DNA from: Buttiauxella sp.
GTDB lineage: Bacteria > Pseudomonadota > Gammaproteobacteria > Enterobacterales > Enterobacteriaceae
Direction of reading: 5' to 3'
Length of the DNA stretch: 24,000 bases
Assembly: GCA_036502985.1 (NCBI GenBank)
Contig: DASXXQ010000001.1
Coordinates: 34,053-58,052 of the forward strand
Numbering within the stretch: the stretch's first letter is position 1; the number at the start of each line of letters is the position of its first letter. The position numbers and the translations under genes were made by a program. The notes under the pieces were generated by a model. The model had not been told where the DNA came from. It saw only the letters and a program-made list of their open reading frames with translations, and did no database searches. Below are positions 1 through 8,572 of the stretch, in pieces.

Positions 1-1180
1 CGTTTGGCAAACGGCTTTGCGTCCATTCGTGTGGGCGATATTCCACCGGGAAGGCCTCCGCTTTTTGTTGATCAAAACTTACGCCAATACCCGGTTTCTC
101 AAGCGGATAAATATATCCACGCTCCGCAACAGGGGCGCCGGGGAATACCGATTCGGTATTCGGTTTATTCGGGATAAATTCCTGGATTGCTGCATTGTGC
201 AGATAAATATTCAAATGCGTATTTACCGCTACACCTATCGGGGTCATATCGCCGGGGCCATGCCAGGCAAGACGAACGCCGAAAGCCTGGCAAAGAATGG
301 CGAGCTTTAGCGCGGGCGTTATTCCGCCAATTTGTGAAACGTGACAGCGAATAAAATCGATGCGGCGATTCACAATCAAATCATGCCATTCAGCCGGATT
401 ATTAAACAGCTCACCCATTGCAAGCGGAACAGACGAGTGCGCGCGCACTTGCTCAAGCCATGCGCTTTGCTGAGGTGGCAGAATGTCTTCGATAAACCAC
501 GGTTGGTACGGTTCAAGCGCTTTTGCTAACTGCACGGCCTGCTGGGGAAATAAGCGTTCATGCACATCATGGAGAATATGGAACTGGTTACCGTACTTCT
601 CACGCAGCGCCTTAAACATCGCCACGGTATTGGCCATGTATTCGTCCTGGTCGTAATAAGCCCCAGCGGTGGGGGTTTTGGTCGCGTGTAACCCTTGAGG
701 CGTGCCACCGTAAAACCCTAACTGGCAACGGATGTAGCGATACCCTTGTGCAAGAAGTTTGTCGACTTCCAGATACAACCCTTCCAGCGTTTCACTGGCG
801 GCGTGGCTGTAAGCGGCGATAGCATCTTTCGATTTGCCCCCGAAGAGCTGATACAAAGGCATATCCGCAAGCTGGCCTTTAATATCCCAAAGTGCCATGT
901 CGACACCGGCAATGGCATTGTTGATTACCGGGCCATTGCGCCAGTAAGCATTGACCATCATCATCTGCCACAGGTCTTCAATGTTGTTAGCATCGCGGCC
1001 AATTAACAGCGGCTTGAGATATTCATCAACCATGGTTTTTACGGCCAGAGGGCGCTGCTGGAACGTTGCGCAACCGTGACCTGTCACGCCTTTATCGGTG
1101 GTGACGCGTACGGTAATAAGATTGTGACGGTCGGGACGAGTAATAAAGCATTCAATATTTTCAATAATCGTTGGTTTCAC
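1..1180 (-). CDS. Enolase-superfamily dehydratase, D-mannonate dehydratase (ManD/RspA-like) subgroup; C-terminal end runs off the window
   Basis: Missing from the ORF track because no stop codon lies in the window. I read every in-frame triplet from 2 to 1180 on the minus strand and found no stop. GTG start at 1180-1178 with GGAG 7 nt upstream. The translation [105 protein letters not shown] fits the ManD/RspA pattern, including the D/E/E metal-ligand contexts. Confidence 0.85.
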   Translation of the reverse strand, partial: MKPTIIENIECFITRPDRHNLITVRVTTDKGVTGHGCATFQQRPLAVKTMVDEYLKPLLIGRDANNIEDLWQMMMVNAYWRNGPVINNAIAGVDMALWDIKGQLADMPLYQLFGGKSKDAIAAYSHAASETLEGLYLEVDKLLAQGYRYIRCQLGFYGGTPQGLHATKTPTAGAYYDQDEYMANTVAMFKALREKYGNQFHILHDVHERLFPQQAVQLAKALEPYQPWFIEDILPPQQSAWLEQVRAHSSVPLAMGELFNNPAEWHDLIVNRRIDFIRCHVSQIGGITPALKLAILCQAFGVRLAWHGPGDMTPIGVAVNTHLNIYLHNAAIQEFIPNKPNTESVFPGAPVAERGYIYPLEKPGIGVSFDQQKAEAFPVEYRPHEWTQSRLPN

Positions 1181-1360
1181 GAGATAACTCCACAGACCGT
1201 GAGATAACAGGCTTCTGCTATTTACTATCACCTTATTTTTGAGTGCGGGTAAATCATTTTTTTTGCTTATTTTTATTGGTCAGGAAAAGATGCGTGGTGA
1301 GTGTAAAAACCATACCAATTTATCTCTTTATGGTGTTTAGTGTCCTTTCTGTAGGCTAAT

Positions 1361-1376
1361 TGTGACGGTGTTCAAA
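1361..1376. promoter_or_regulatory. Possible CRP site (TGTGA-N6-TCAAA) in the divergent dehydratase/PTS control region
   Basis: TGTGACGGTGTTCAAA matches 9 of 10 core positions of TGTGA-N6-TCACA. It lies about 95 bp upstream of the PTS ATG. Confidence 0.3.
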
Positions 1377-1462
1377 GTTTATTGGTTTGTTTTCGTGGTT
1401 GCGATTCCCTACCATCATGGGCATTCAACACATAACAATAAGCAATTCTTTGGGAGTGACAG

Positions 1463-2836
1463 ATGGGGACTCGTGATGCCATTAATAATATTATTCACCT
1501 GATTGGTGGTGCGGATAATATTAGTAAAGCCTGGCACTGTATGACGCGCTTGCGCTTCTCTCTGATTGACGAAAATAAAATAGATCAGTCGGCAATTAAA
1601 AAAATACCCGGTGTGTTAGGCGCTCAAATTCAGAGCGATCAATTCCAGATAATTATTGGCCCGCAAGTGAGCAGTTGGTATGAGCAACTCACCAACGCGC
1701 TGGGTTCAACATCAGAACAAAGCACGGCACCAGCCAACCAGAAGAAAGCCCGTAAAAGCCTGGTATCGATGTTTATGGATACCGTGTCGGGCGTGTTTGG
1801 GCCAATAGTTCCTGCCATTGCAGGCGCCGGGATGATCAAAGGTTTGCTGGCGGGTTTGATCGCGCTGAAAGTAGTTTCAGCGAAAAGTGACACAGTGATT
1901 GTCATCGATTTGATTGCCAGTGGCGTGTTCTATTTTTTACCGTTCTTCCTGGCAATTTCTGCTGCTCGTATCTTTAAAACCAATGAATACCTGGCGGCGG
2001 CGGTTGCTGCCTGTTTCATGTATCCGTCGCTGATTGAAGCGGCAAAAATGCTGGCAAGCCATTCGCCGGATGCGGTTGATGCGTTCTATTTTCTCAATGT
2101 GATACCCGTTTCGGTGTTCAATTACGCGTCAAGCGTTATACCTGTCATCTTCTCGGTTCTGGCGCTGAGTTACATCCATCGCTGGGTGGATAGATTCATG
2201 CCGGATGTGCTGAAAACCGTCTTCACGCCGACGCTCACTTTGTTCCTTGCGGCATTAGTTGCGCTGGTGGTGATTGGGCCGCTGGGGATTTATTTGGGTA
2301 AAGCACTGGCATGGTTTATCGAGGGGTTGTTTGGCGTGTCGGCAAGTTTTGCCGGGTTGGTGGTGGGTGCGATTCGCCCGGTGGCTATTTTGACCGGTAT
2401 GCACCACGCGATGACACCTATCGCGCTGCAAAACTTTACTGACCGTGGGTATGACATGCTGATGCCGATGATGTTTATGGCGAACATGGCCATTGCCGGT
2501 TCTACATTTGCCATCTGGAAACAGAGCAAATCACGTGAAGAAAGGGCTGTTGTTTTGCCTGCGGCAATTTCTGCTCTGCTGGGTATTACAGAACCTGCAC
2601 TGTTTGGTGTTCTGACGCGCTATAAGAAAGCGTTTATTGCGGCCACTATCGCAAGTTCCATCGCCTCAGCATTTATCGCCTTCTTTGGTGTGCGTTTGTA
2701 TGGCTATATTTTGTCGAGCATTTTTAGTCTGCCTGCGTATATCGGCCCGTATTTTATTTTTGCATTGATGGGCGTAGCACTGGCATTGGGGTTGTCATTT
2801 ACGCTGACCACCATACTGGTGCGTGACAAGGCCTGA
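1463..2836 (+). CDS. PTS EIIBC component, glucose-glucoside superfamily (sucrose/beta-glucoside/trehalose-like); no fused EIIA domain
   Basis: 457 aa. The N-terminal EIIB domain carries the phospho-cysteine motif AWHCMTRLRF, followed by a polytopic EIIC domain (GITEPALFG). Same length and architecture as ScrA/TreB-type EIIBC proteins. GGAG SD lies 7 nt upstream of the ATG. Confidence 0.9.
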   Translation: MGTRDAINNIIHLIGGADNISKAWHCMTRLRFSLIDENKIDQSAIKKIPGVLGAQIQSDQFQIIIGPQVSSWYEQLTNALGSTSEQSTAPANQKKARKSLVSMFMDTVSGVFGPIVPAIAGAGMIKGLLAGLIALKVVSAKSDTVIVIDLIASGVFYFLPFFLAISAARIFKTNEYLAAAVAACFMYPSLIEAAKMLASHSPDAVDAFYFLNVIPVSVFNYASSVIPVIFSVLALSYIHRWVDRFMPDVLKTVFTPTLTLFLAALVALVVIGPLGIYLGKALAWFIEGLFGVSASFAGLVVGAIRPVAILTGMHHAMTPIALQNFTDRGYDMLMPMMFMANMAIAGSTFAIWKQSKSREERAVVLPAAISALLGITEPALFGVLTRYKKAFIAATIASSIASAFIAFFGVRLYGYILSSIFSLPAYIGPYFIFALMGVALALGLSFTLTTILVRDKA

Positions 2837-2837
2837 G

Positions 2838-2870
2838 AGTAAAAGGTGGATAATAAGTCCACCTGTTTAA
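2838..2870. terminator. Bidirectional hairpin terminator between the convergent PTS gene and the ABC permease gene
   Basis: AGGTGGA(2844-2850)-TAATAAG-TCCACCT(2858-2864), a 7-bp stem. It is flanked by AAAA on the left and GTTTAATT on the right, so a T-rich tail follows it on both strands. Confidence 0.55.
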
Positions 2871-3542
2871 TTAACGTCGGTGCGCCAGGCGGCGTACCAG
2901 ATGATTGCCAACACTTTGAACCAATTGCACCATTGCGATAAGAATCACCACGGTGCCGACCATTACCTGGTTGTTAAATCGCTGGTAACCATAGCGAATC
3001 GCCAGGTCGCCTAATCCACCACCGCCAATGACACCTGCCATCGACGAAAATCCAATCAGCATCACAATGGTCAGTGTCATGCCAGCGAGAAGAGCAGGGA
3101 GCGCTTCAGGAAGTAACACTTTTCCGATGATATGCCAGATATTTCCGCCCATAGAAAGAATGGCTTCGATACGCCCTTTGTCCACTTCATCTAACGCATT
3201 CTCTACAACCCGGGCAAAGAACGGGAAAGCACCGATCGTTATCGGCACCACTGCTGCGGTACTGCCAAGTGTGGTGCCGACAATAATGCGGGTGAATGGA
3301 ATCAGGGCAATCAGCAACACAATAAACGGCAGCGAGCGCCCAACGTTCACTACGCCACCAATAATATGATTCATCTTTGGTGCGGGTAACACGCCATCGC
3401 GACGGGTAAGAAATAACAATATGCCCAGCGGTAAACCAATAATGATGGTAAACAGCGCCGCAAGGCTGACCATGTAAAGCGTATCCAGCGTGCCATCAAG
3501 CAGTAATGACAACAGATCTTCCCACGCTAAGCGACTTCGCAT
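2871..3542 (-). CDS. ABC transporter permease, MetI family
   Basis: 223 aa, about 5 TM segments, BPD-type permease with clear MetI-like sequence ([25 protein letters not shown]). The start overlaps the upstream ATPase gene by 16 nt. Confidence 0.9.
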   Translation of the reverse strand: MRSRLAWEDLLSLLLDGTLDTLYMVSLAALFTIIIGLPLGILLFLTRRDGVLPAPKMNHIIGGVVNVGRSLPFIVLLIALIPFTRIIVGTTLGSTAAVVPITIGAFPFFARVVENALDEVDKGRIEAILSMGGNIWHIIGKVLLPEALPALLAGMTLTIVMLIGFSSMAGVIGGGGLGDLAIRYGYQRFNNQVMVGTVVILIAMVQLVQSVGNHLVRRLAHRR

Positions 3543-4318
3543 AACACGCTCCCTGAAACGCCGATTCGGCGTAAAAATGCTCGCTCCGCCGCATCTCCCG
3601 GAAGCAACGCCTGGCGCAGGCGGGAATAGCGAACAGACAGTAATTCGGACAGCGAACCGCTTTCTATCAGCTTGCCGTTTTCTAATAGCGCCGCGTGATC
3701 GCAGATAGCTTTCACGACTTCTAGCTGGTGAGTAATCAGCACAATGGTTACCCCCAGTTTACGGTTGATGTCCATCAGCAGCGCCAGCACCGACGCAGTG
3801 GTTTCGCTATCTAATGCGCTGGTGGCTTCATCACACAATAGGATGTCTGGATGCGCAGCCAGCGCACGAGCAATGCCGACGCGTTGCTTTTGGCCGCCGG
3901 AAAGCTGAGAGGGAAAAGCCTGCGCTTTATCACTCAGGCCCACCAATTGCAGCAGTTCTACGATACGTAGCTGGCGCCTTTCACGTGAATATCCGGCGAT
4001 TTCCAGCGGTACAGAAATGTTGTCGGCAACATTGCGAGCGTGAATCAGATTGAAATGCTGGAACACCATTCCGGTGCGCTGACGATGTGTTCGTAACTCA
4101 CGATTATTGAGCGTCGTGATATCCACGCCCTGCATTAGAATGCGGCCCGATGTGGGCCGCTCCAGTAAATTGAGGCAGCGAATTAAGGTACTTTTCCCCG
4201 CGCCGCTGCGCCCGAGAATGCCGTAGATTGCACCCTCAGGCACAGTCAGCGAGATTTCATCCAGAGCCGGTTGGCCTCCTCCGGCATACACTTTACTCAG
4301 CCTCTCAAGGGTAATCAT
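3527..4318 (-). CDS. ABC transporter ATP-binding protein, MetN-like but lacking the C-terminal NIL/C2 domain
   Basis: 263 aa. Walker [10 protein letters not shown], signature LSGGQKQR, Walker [14 protein letters not shown]-loop ITHQ. Its ATG overlaps the TGA of the binding-protein gene (ATGA). Confidence 0.92.
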   Translation of the reverse strand: MITLERLSKVYAGGGQPALDEISLTVPEGAIYGILGRSGAGKSTLIRCLNLLERPTSGRILMQGVDITTLNNRELRTHRQRTGMVFQHFNLIHARNVADNISVPLEIAGYSRERRQLRIVELLQLVGLSDKAQAFPSQLSGGQKQRVGIARALAAHPDILLCDEATSALDSETTASVLALLMDINRKLGVTIVLITHQLEVVKAICDHAALLENGKLIESGSLSELLSVRYSRLRQALLPGDAAERAFLRRIGVSGSVLCEVA

Positions 4319-5124
4319 GATTGTGGTGCGGCCACCGGGATCACTGAACCGTTAAACTGCTTACGAATAAATTCAGCAACCTGCGGGGATTGCAGATCTT
4401 TCGCCAACTCTTTGATACGCGGATCGTTTGCCAGGTTTGGGTTGGTGACCAAAATATTGGCGTACGGATTATGGTTGGCGCTTTCCAGTCCTAACGCATC
4501 TTTCGAGGGGGTTAATCCGGCCTCGAGGGCGTAGTTGCCGTTTATAACCGCCAGATCCACATCATCCAATGAGCGTGGTAATTGTGGCGCTTCGATTTCA
4601 ACAATCTTTAGCTTCTTCGGGTTGTTGGCGATATCGCGCGGCGTGGCCTGATTTTGTGCCGCGTCTTTAAATTCCGGCTTCAGGGTAATTAAGCCGTTGT
4701 CCTGCAAAAGGTACAGCGCCCGGCTCAGGTTGGTTACGTTGTTGGGAAGCGCGATAGTGGCGTTTTCAGGAATCGATTTCAGATCTTTGTATTTATGCGA
4801 ATAAATTCCCAACGGCTCAATATGAACGGTGGCGGCGACGGTGAATTTTTTACCCAGCGCTTTTTCCTGGTCGCGCAAGTAAGGCACATGTTGGAAATAG
4901 TTGGCATCAACGTCGCCATTTGCCAGCAGTTCATTCGCATTCACGCCATTGCTGAGTTCGACGATTTTTAATTTCAGGTTGGGATCGAGTTTTTGCACGA
5001 ACGCGAGGATCTCTGCGTGTGGCACGGGATCGGCGGCGATGCGCAATGTATCTGCTGCATGAGCACTAAAAGCCAGAGCCAAAGACAGCGCTGTCCCTGC
5101 CAGTTTAAAAGAGGCATTTTTCAT
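4315..5124 (-). CDS. MetQ/NlpA-family periplasmic substrate-binding protein (soluble, not lipidated)
   Basis: 269 aa, colinear with E. coli MetQ ([31 protein letters not shown]). Signal peptide [23 protein letters not shown]|AD with an AHA-A cleavage context. The protein contains no cysteine at all. Confidence 0.9.
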   Translation of the reverse strand: MKNASFKLAGTALSLALAFSAHAADTLRIAADPVPHAEILAFVQKLDPNLKLKIVELSNGVNANELLANGDVDANYFQHVPYLRDQEKALGKKFTVAATVHIEPLGIYSHKYKDLKSIPENATIALPNNVTNLSRALYLLQDNGLITLKPEFKDAAQNQATPRDIANNPKKLKIVEIEAPQLPRSLDDVDLAVINGNYALEAGLTPSKDALGLESANHNPYANILVTNPNLANDPRIKELAKDLQSPQVAEFIRKQFNGSVIPVAAPQS

Positions 5125-5143
5125 GGTGTGGTTCCTTTAAAGT

Positions 5144-6181
5144 TTAAGCGATGAGTTCAGTGCTGTTACGCAAGACATCCGGGTAATAACGTTCCGCCAC
5201 ATCAGGGTGAGAACGCAGCCGTCCTTTTAGATAATTCCAGCCGACATCACGCAGCAGTGGGTTATGCGGGTCGCTTTCTGGCCCGAGGGCATAGCGCGCA
5301 AGCGCGGGTGGCAGAGCATAAATTGGCACAATGGCATCTAATTGTGCGCCGAGGAAAAATGCGATGGACTGGCGTTCATGTCCCGGCGGTGGGGAAATCA
5401 CGCGATGCACCGTGGCTCGTAAATAACCATTGGTTGCAAGCTCAAGCAATTCACCAATATTCACCACAAAACTGCCAGGCAGTGGGGATGCGTCTATCCA
5501 GTTATCCGGCGTGACCTCGACCTGCAAACCCTGCTGTTGGTCTTGTAATAAAAAGCTCAGGAATCCCGAATCTTTATGAGCACCAACGCCTTGATTGCCA
5601 TTCGCAGCCTGTTGACCCGGATAGCGGATAAGTTTGATGTGCTCATTGGGTTTATTGCCGTAAAGGCTATCAAAACTGTGAGTCGGAAGTTCCAGCGCCT
5701 GGGCAAAGGTGCGCAGCAGTTTCAACGCAACAGAGGTCATTTCGCGCTGAAATTGCAAGAGGATGGGTTTGAGTGTCGGTAAAGATTCAGGCCATAGGTT
5801 TGGCCCTTGCAGACGAAGCCAGCCTGGTTGCGTTTCATTGACTGAAAGAGCGGGGCGTTCGGCGCCAATATCGAACTGTTCGCGCCAGTCCGGTTTACCA
5901 CGGGTTAATTCGCTGGCTGCACGGTTATAACCGCGAAAATGGGGCGAGTGAATCATGGCGACTTTTTGTTTCTCAGCATGTGGCAAAGCGAAAAACTGCT
6001 GTGCTTCATCCTGAACCGCCTGTTGCAGCTCCGGGCTGATACCATGATTAATCAGGTAGAAGAAACCAATATCACGAGCCGCATAGCGCAGTTGTTCAAG
6101 AAACGCGGTGCGGTCAGTCGCTGTACCTTCAAGGGCTAGAAGATCGAGTATTGGCAATGCCTGGGTCGTTGTTCTGTTCAT
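5144..6181 (-). CDS. Fe(II)/2-oxoglutarate-dependent oxygenase, isopenicillin-N-synthase/ACC-oxidase/EFE-like family
   Basis: 345 aa. DIOX_N-like N-terminus (GFFYLINHGI), facial triad context GVGAHKDSGFLSF .. TVHRV, and the 2OG-binding RQSIAFF (RxS). GGAG SD upstream. It is the first gene of the four-gene minus-strand operon. Confidence 0.88.
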   Translation of the reverse strand: MNRTTTQALPILDLLALEGTATDRTAFLEQLRYAARDIGFFYLINHGISPELQQAVQDEAQQFFALPHAEKQKVAMIHSPHFRGYNRAASELTRGKPDWREQFDIGAERPALSVNETQPGWLRLQGPNLWPESLPTLKPILLQFQREMTSVALKLLRTFAQALELPTHSFDSLYGNKPNEHIKLIRYPGQQAANGNQGVGAHKDSGFLSFLLQDQQQGLQVEVTPDNWIDASPLPGSFVVNIGELLELATNGYLRATVHRVISPPPGHERQSIAFFLGAQLDAIVPIYALPPALARYALGPESDPHNPLLRDVGWNYLKGRLRSHPDVAERYYPDVLRNSTELIA

Positions 6182-6450
6182 TCTGGACTCCGCTTAATTC
6201 AGATGTTTTTTCGACACGTGCTGATTTTTTTGCCCGACAACAACAGTGCTGAACCATGGTTTTATCCTTTCTTGAATGGCGTGGTGTTCGTCGAAATTAC
6301 ATTGCCGCAAGCGAGTCATGTCGCCCAATATTGTTATCTTCTAAGTTATGGTCTGGCAGGGTTCAATGCATTTGCGAATTCTTGCTAACCAGGGTTGCAG
6401 AGGAAGAGTTGCTAACAACAGGCTTGCTTTTTTTTTGTTCATCTTTTACT

Positions 6451-6473
6451 TTATTGTTATGTTATAACATATC
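6451..6473. promoter_or_regulatory. Zur box upstream of rpmE2-rpmJ2
   Basis: TTATTGTTATGTTATAACATATC contains the perfect inverted repeat TGTTAT-GTT-ATAACA. This matches the enterobacterial Zur consensus GAAATGTTATAATATAACATTTC at most positions and ends 13 nt before the rpmE2 ATG. Confidence 0.8.
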
Positions 6474-6485
6474 TGGAAAAAGAAA

Positions 6486-6743
6486 ATGAAACGCGACATC
6501 CATCCTTTCTATCGAACAGTAGTGTTCCACGACACTACTGCAAATGAATTTTTCAAAGTGGGTTCAACGATTAAAACGGAACGTGAAATTGAGCTTGAAG
6601 GTGTGACATACCCTTACTTCACGCTTGAAGTGTCATCAGCCTCGCATCCGCATTACACCGGTAAGCAGAAGACATTTACCAATGAAGGCAGTCCTGCACG
6701 TTTCCAGCAGCGTTTTGGTCGATTCTTTGGGAAGGGAGCGTAG
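6486..6743 (+). CDS. rpmE2: Zinc-independent (C-minus) paralogue of ribosomal protein L31 (YkgM type)
   Basis: 85 aa, [44 protein letters not shown].., close to E. coli YkgM. It lacks the CxxC zinc motif. Confidence 0.95.
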   Translation: MKRDIHPFYRTVVFHDTTANEFFKVGSTIKTEREIELEGVTYPYFTLEVSSASHPHYTGKQKTFTNEGSPARFQQRFGRFFGKGA

Positions 6744-6746
6744 GTT

Positions 6747-6887
6747 ATGCAGGTTCTGAATTCATTACGCAGTGCGAAACAGCGTCACCCGGATTGTCAG
6801 ATTGTAAAACGGAAAGGGAGGCTGTACGTGATTTGCAAAAGCAACCCGCGTTTTAAAGCGGTGCAGGGCGGGAAGAAACGGCGTTGA
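6747..6887 (+). CDS. rpmJ2: Zinc-independent paralogue of ribosomal protein L36 (YkgO type)
   Basis: Below the ORF-track size cutoff. ATG at 6747, 3 nt after the rpmE2 stop. 46 aa: [49 protein letters not shown] at 6885-6887. Confidence 0.92.
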   Translation: MQVLNSLRSAKQRHPDCQIVKRKGRLYVICKSNPRFKAVQGGKKRR

Positions 6888-6888
6888 A

Positions 6889-6914
6889 ATAAGGGGCTTT
6901 GCCCCTTATTTTGT
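6889..6914. terminator. Bidirectional rho-independent terminator (rpmJ2 / ylaC)
   Basis: AAGGGGC-TTT-GCCCCTT (6891-6907) followed by ATTTTG. On the other strand the stem is also followed by T/A-rich sequence. Confidence 0.7.
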
Positions 6915-6926
6915 CATTGGCAGGCG

Positions 6927-7385
6927 TTATGCGCGGCCTAAAGAGAAGATATCGTAAAACGAGAGCTCACCTTTACTGGCCATCATTTTATGCAGCAGAG
7001 ATTTCTTTTGTTCATCCACACCAGGAGAATGCAGTATTTTCTCGATGAGTGTTGGGGGAACATTGCGTGTGTTGTACCACTCGCCGTTGTAGCAAACACG
7101 TAAATCCAGAACATCGATATCATCGTAGCGATAGCGCGGATTCACGTCGAAAAAGAAAAAAGCATTCAGTAGCGCAAATAACACTACTAACAACCAAACC
7201 GATCCCGCCAGAGTGTCCGATTCCAGCATGACCCAGAGCGTAGCAAACCAGCCTAGCCACATACCGACAAATAACCCCGGATGCTTGCGGATAAAGCTGA
7301 TGCTAAAACGCGGGCGATTGTCGCGATGTTCTTCGGCATTGAGTTGTTCGATAGTATCGGTGAGGAGGCGCTGAATTTCAGTCAT
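6927..7385 (-). CDS. ylaC: Inner membrane protein YlaC
   Basis: 152 aa, [52 protein letters not shown]. Colinear with E. coli YlaC. Confidence 0.9.
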   Translation of the reverse strand: MTEIQRLLTDTIEQLNAEEHRDNRPRFSISFIRKHPGLFVGMWLGWFATLWVMLESDTLAGSVWLLVVLFALLNAFFFFDVNPRYRYDDIDVLDLRVCYNGEWYNTRNVPPTLIEKILHSPGVDEQKKSLLHKMMASKGELSFYDIFSLGRA

Positions 7386-7487
7386 GATGGGCCTTTTGAA
7401 CTGGAACGCTACAGGCAGAGAACTGTTATTCTAAGAAGCCCGGGGAGGGTAAAAAAGTAACAGTTCTGCCAAAAAAAACCATAACAG

Positions 7488-8054
7488 TTAGTGGCGGGCA
7501 ACAGGAACCATTTTTATCAACCGCGCTGGGTTTCCTGCAACCACAGAGTTTGCCGGAATATCTTTGGTGACAACAGAGCCTGCACCAATCACGACATTAT
7601 CACCAATATTAACACCGGGATTGATGACCGCGCGTCCGCCAATCCAAACATTGTTGCCAATCGTCACGGGTTTTCCGAATTCAACGCCACTGTTGCGCGT
7701 TTCGGCATCCAGCGGATGGGTCGCAGTATAAATATGAACACCAGGCGCTAACATGCAATTATCTCCGATGTGGACCGGACAAACGTCGAGGATCACACAG
7801 TCGAAATTAGCGTAGAAGTTTTTTCCAAGGAAAATATTGTAGCCATAATCACAACGGAAAGACGGTTCCATATAAGCATCCCCGCTTTGACCTAAAAGTT
7901 GTTCAAGCAATTGTGCGCGAACAGCTTGTTCATCGGGGGCTGTGTGATTAAAGCGATGAATCAGATGACGAGCGTAGATACGATCATCTCGAAGTTGTGG
8001 ATCACCAGGGCGATAAAGTTCGCCCGCTATCATTTTCTGTTTTTCTTCACTCAT
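7488..8054 (-). CDS. maa: Maltose O-acetyltransferase (hexapeptide-repeat acyltransferase)
   Basis: The homologous start is [14 protein letters not shown] at 8054; the ORF track extends it to 8084. Colinear with E. coli Maa, including [12 protein letters not shown] and the left-handed beta-helix repeats. Confidence 0.93.
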   Translation of the reverse strand: MSEEKQKMIAGELYRPGDPQLRDDRIYARHLIHRFNHTAPDEQAVRAQLLEQLLGQSGDAYMEPSFRCDYGYNIFLGKNFYANFDCVILDVCPVHIGDNCMLAPGVHIYTATHPLDAETRNSGVEFGKPVTIGNNVWIGGRAVINPGVNIGDNVVIGAGSVVTKDIPANSVVAGNPARLIKMVPVARH

Positions 8055-8134
8055 GGCGATGCCTTTAATAAATAGACCGGACACCCAATACCGTAAGCGA
8101 TTAGTTTGTTATTAATGAGAGCGCTCTTTACTTC

Positions 8135-8150
8135 TGTGACGCGAATCACA
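8135..8150. promoter_or_regulatory. Candidate CRP site with a perfect core, TGTGA-N6-TCACA, upstream of maa
   Basis: TGTGACGCGAATCACA. The centre is about 88 bp upstream of the maa ATG, in the 270-bp hha-maa spacer. Confidence 0.45.
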
Positions 8151-8324
8151 TTGTTAAATGCAATTATTGTCGGGAGCATTGTGCTTCGCGCACAACAATT
8201 CATTTCATGAAGTGTACTCACTCGGCCACGGTGTTAGTGACTTATCGAAGGATGAGATCCATTCCCTCAAGGCACAACAACATGTCAGTCTGAATACCAC
8301 AAACATAATAACGATTAAGAAGTT

Positions 8325-8543
8325 TTAGCGGATAAATGACCATACAGAAGGAGGTATTTTATCGTAAAGCTTATTCATGGTCAGTTCAGCCAGGCGGTGG
8401 TCCGCAGCAGAATAGAATACCGCTAATTCATTATCTGATAATTCGTATTTATTTTTTTCAATTACACGCTCTAAGGTATCAATTGTTTGGCAGCGTCGCA
8501 GACGCATCAAATAATCGGTCTTAGTTAATGGTTTAGTTGTCAT
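8325..8543 (-). CDS. hha: Haemolysin expression-modulating protein Hha (H-NS co-regulator; toxin partner of TomB)
   Basis: 72 aa, [64 protein letters not shown]... Nearly identical to E. coli Hha, including Cys18. Confidence 0.97.
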   Translation of the reverse strand: MTTKPLTKTDYLMRLRRCQTIDTLERVIEKNKYELSDNELAVFYSAADHRLAELTMNKLYDKIPPSVWSFIR

Positions 8544-8572
8544 GAAATCACCTTATACATCTTGTAATAGTT

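Noticed and set aside
17-1006. Track ORFs 17-310(+), 341-529(+), 526-708(-), 718-918(-) and 746-1006(+)
   Set aside because: All overlap the uninterrupted 393-codon minus-strand frame encoding the ManD-family dehydratase, and none resembles a known protein.
6326-6350. Possible second Zur box (ATATTGTTATCTTCTAAGTTATG) nearer the oxygenase operon
   Set aside because: Only the TGTTAT half-site matches. The other half matches about 6 of 13 consensus positions and has no dyad symmetry.
6203-6489. 61-aa and 77-aa ORFs in the oxygenase/rpmE2 divergent control region
   Set aside because: No SD and no recognisable domain. The second ORF runs through the Zur box and the rpmE2 start. They are more simply explained as open frames in regulatory DNA.
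8131-8205. Small palindromes in the hha-maa spacer (AGAGCGCTCT and TTGTGC-TTCGC-GCACAA) as an hha terminator
   Set aside because: Short stems without a U-tract in the hha direction. I cannot distinguish them from chance.
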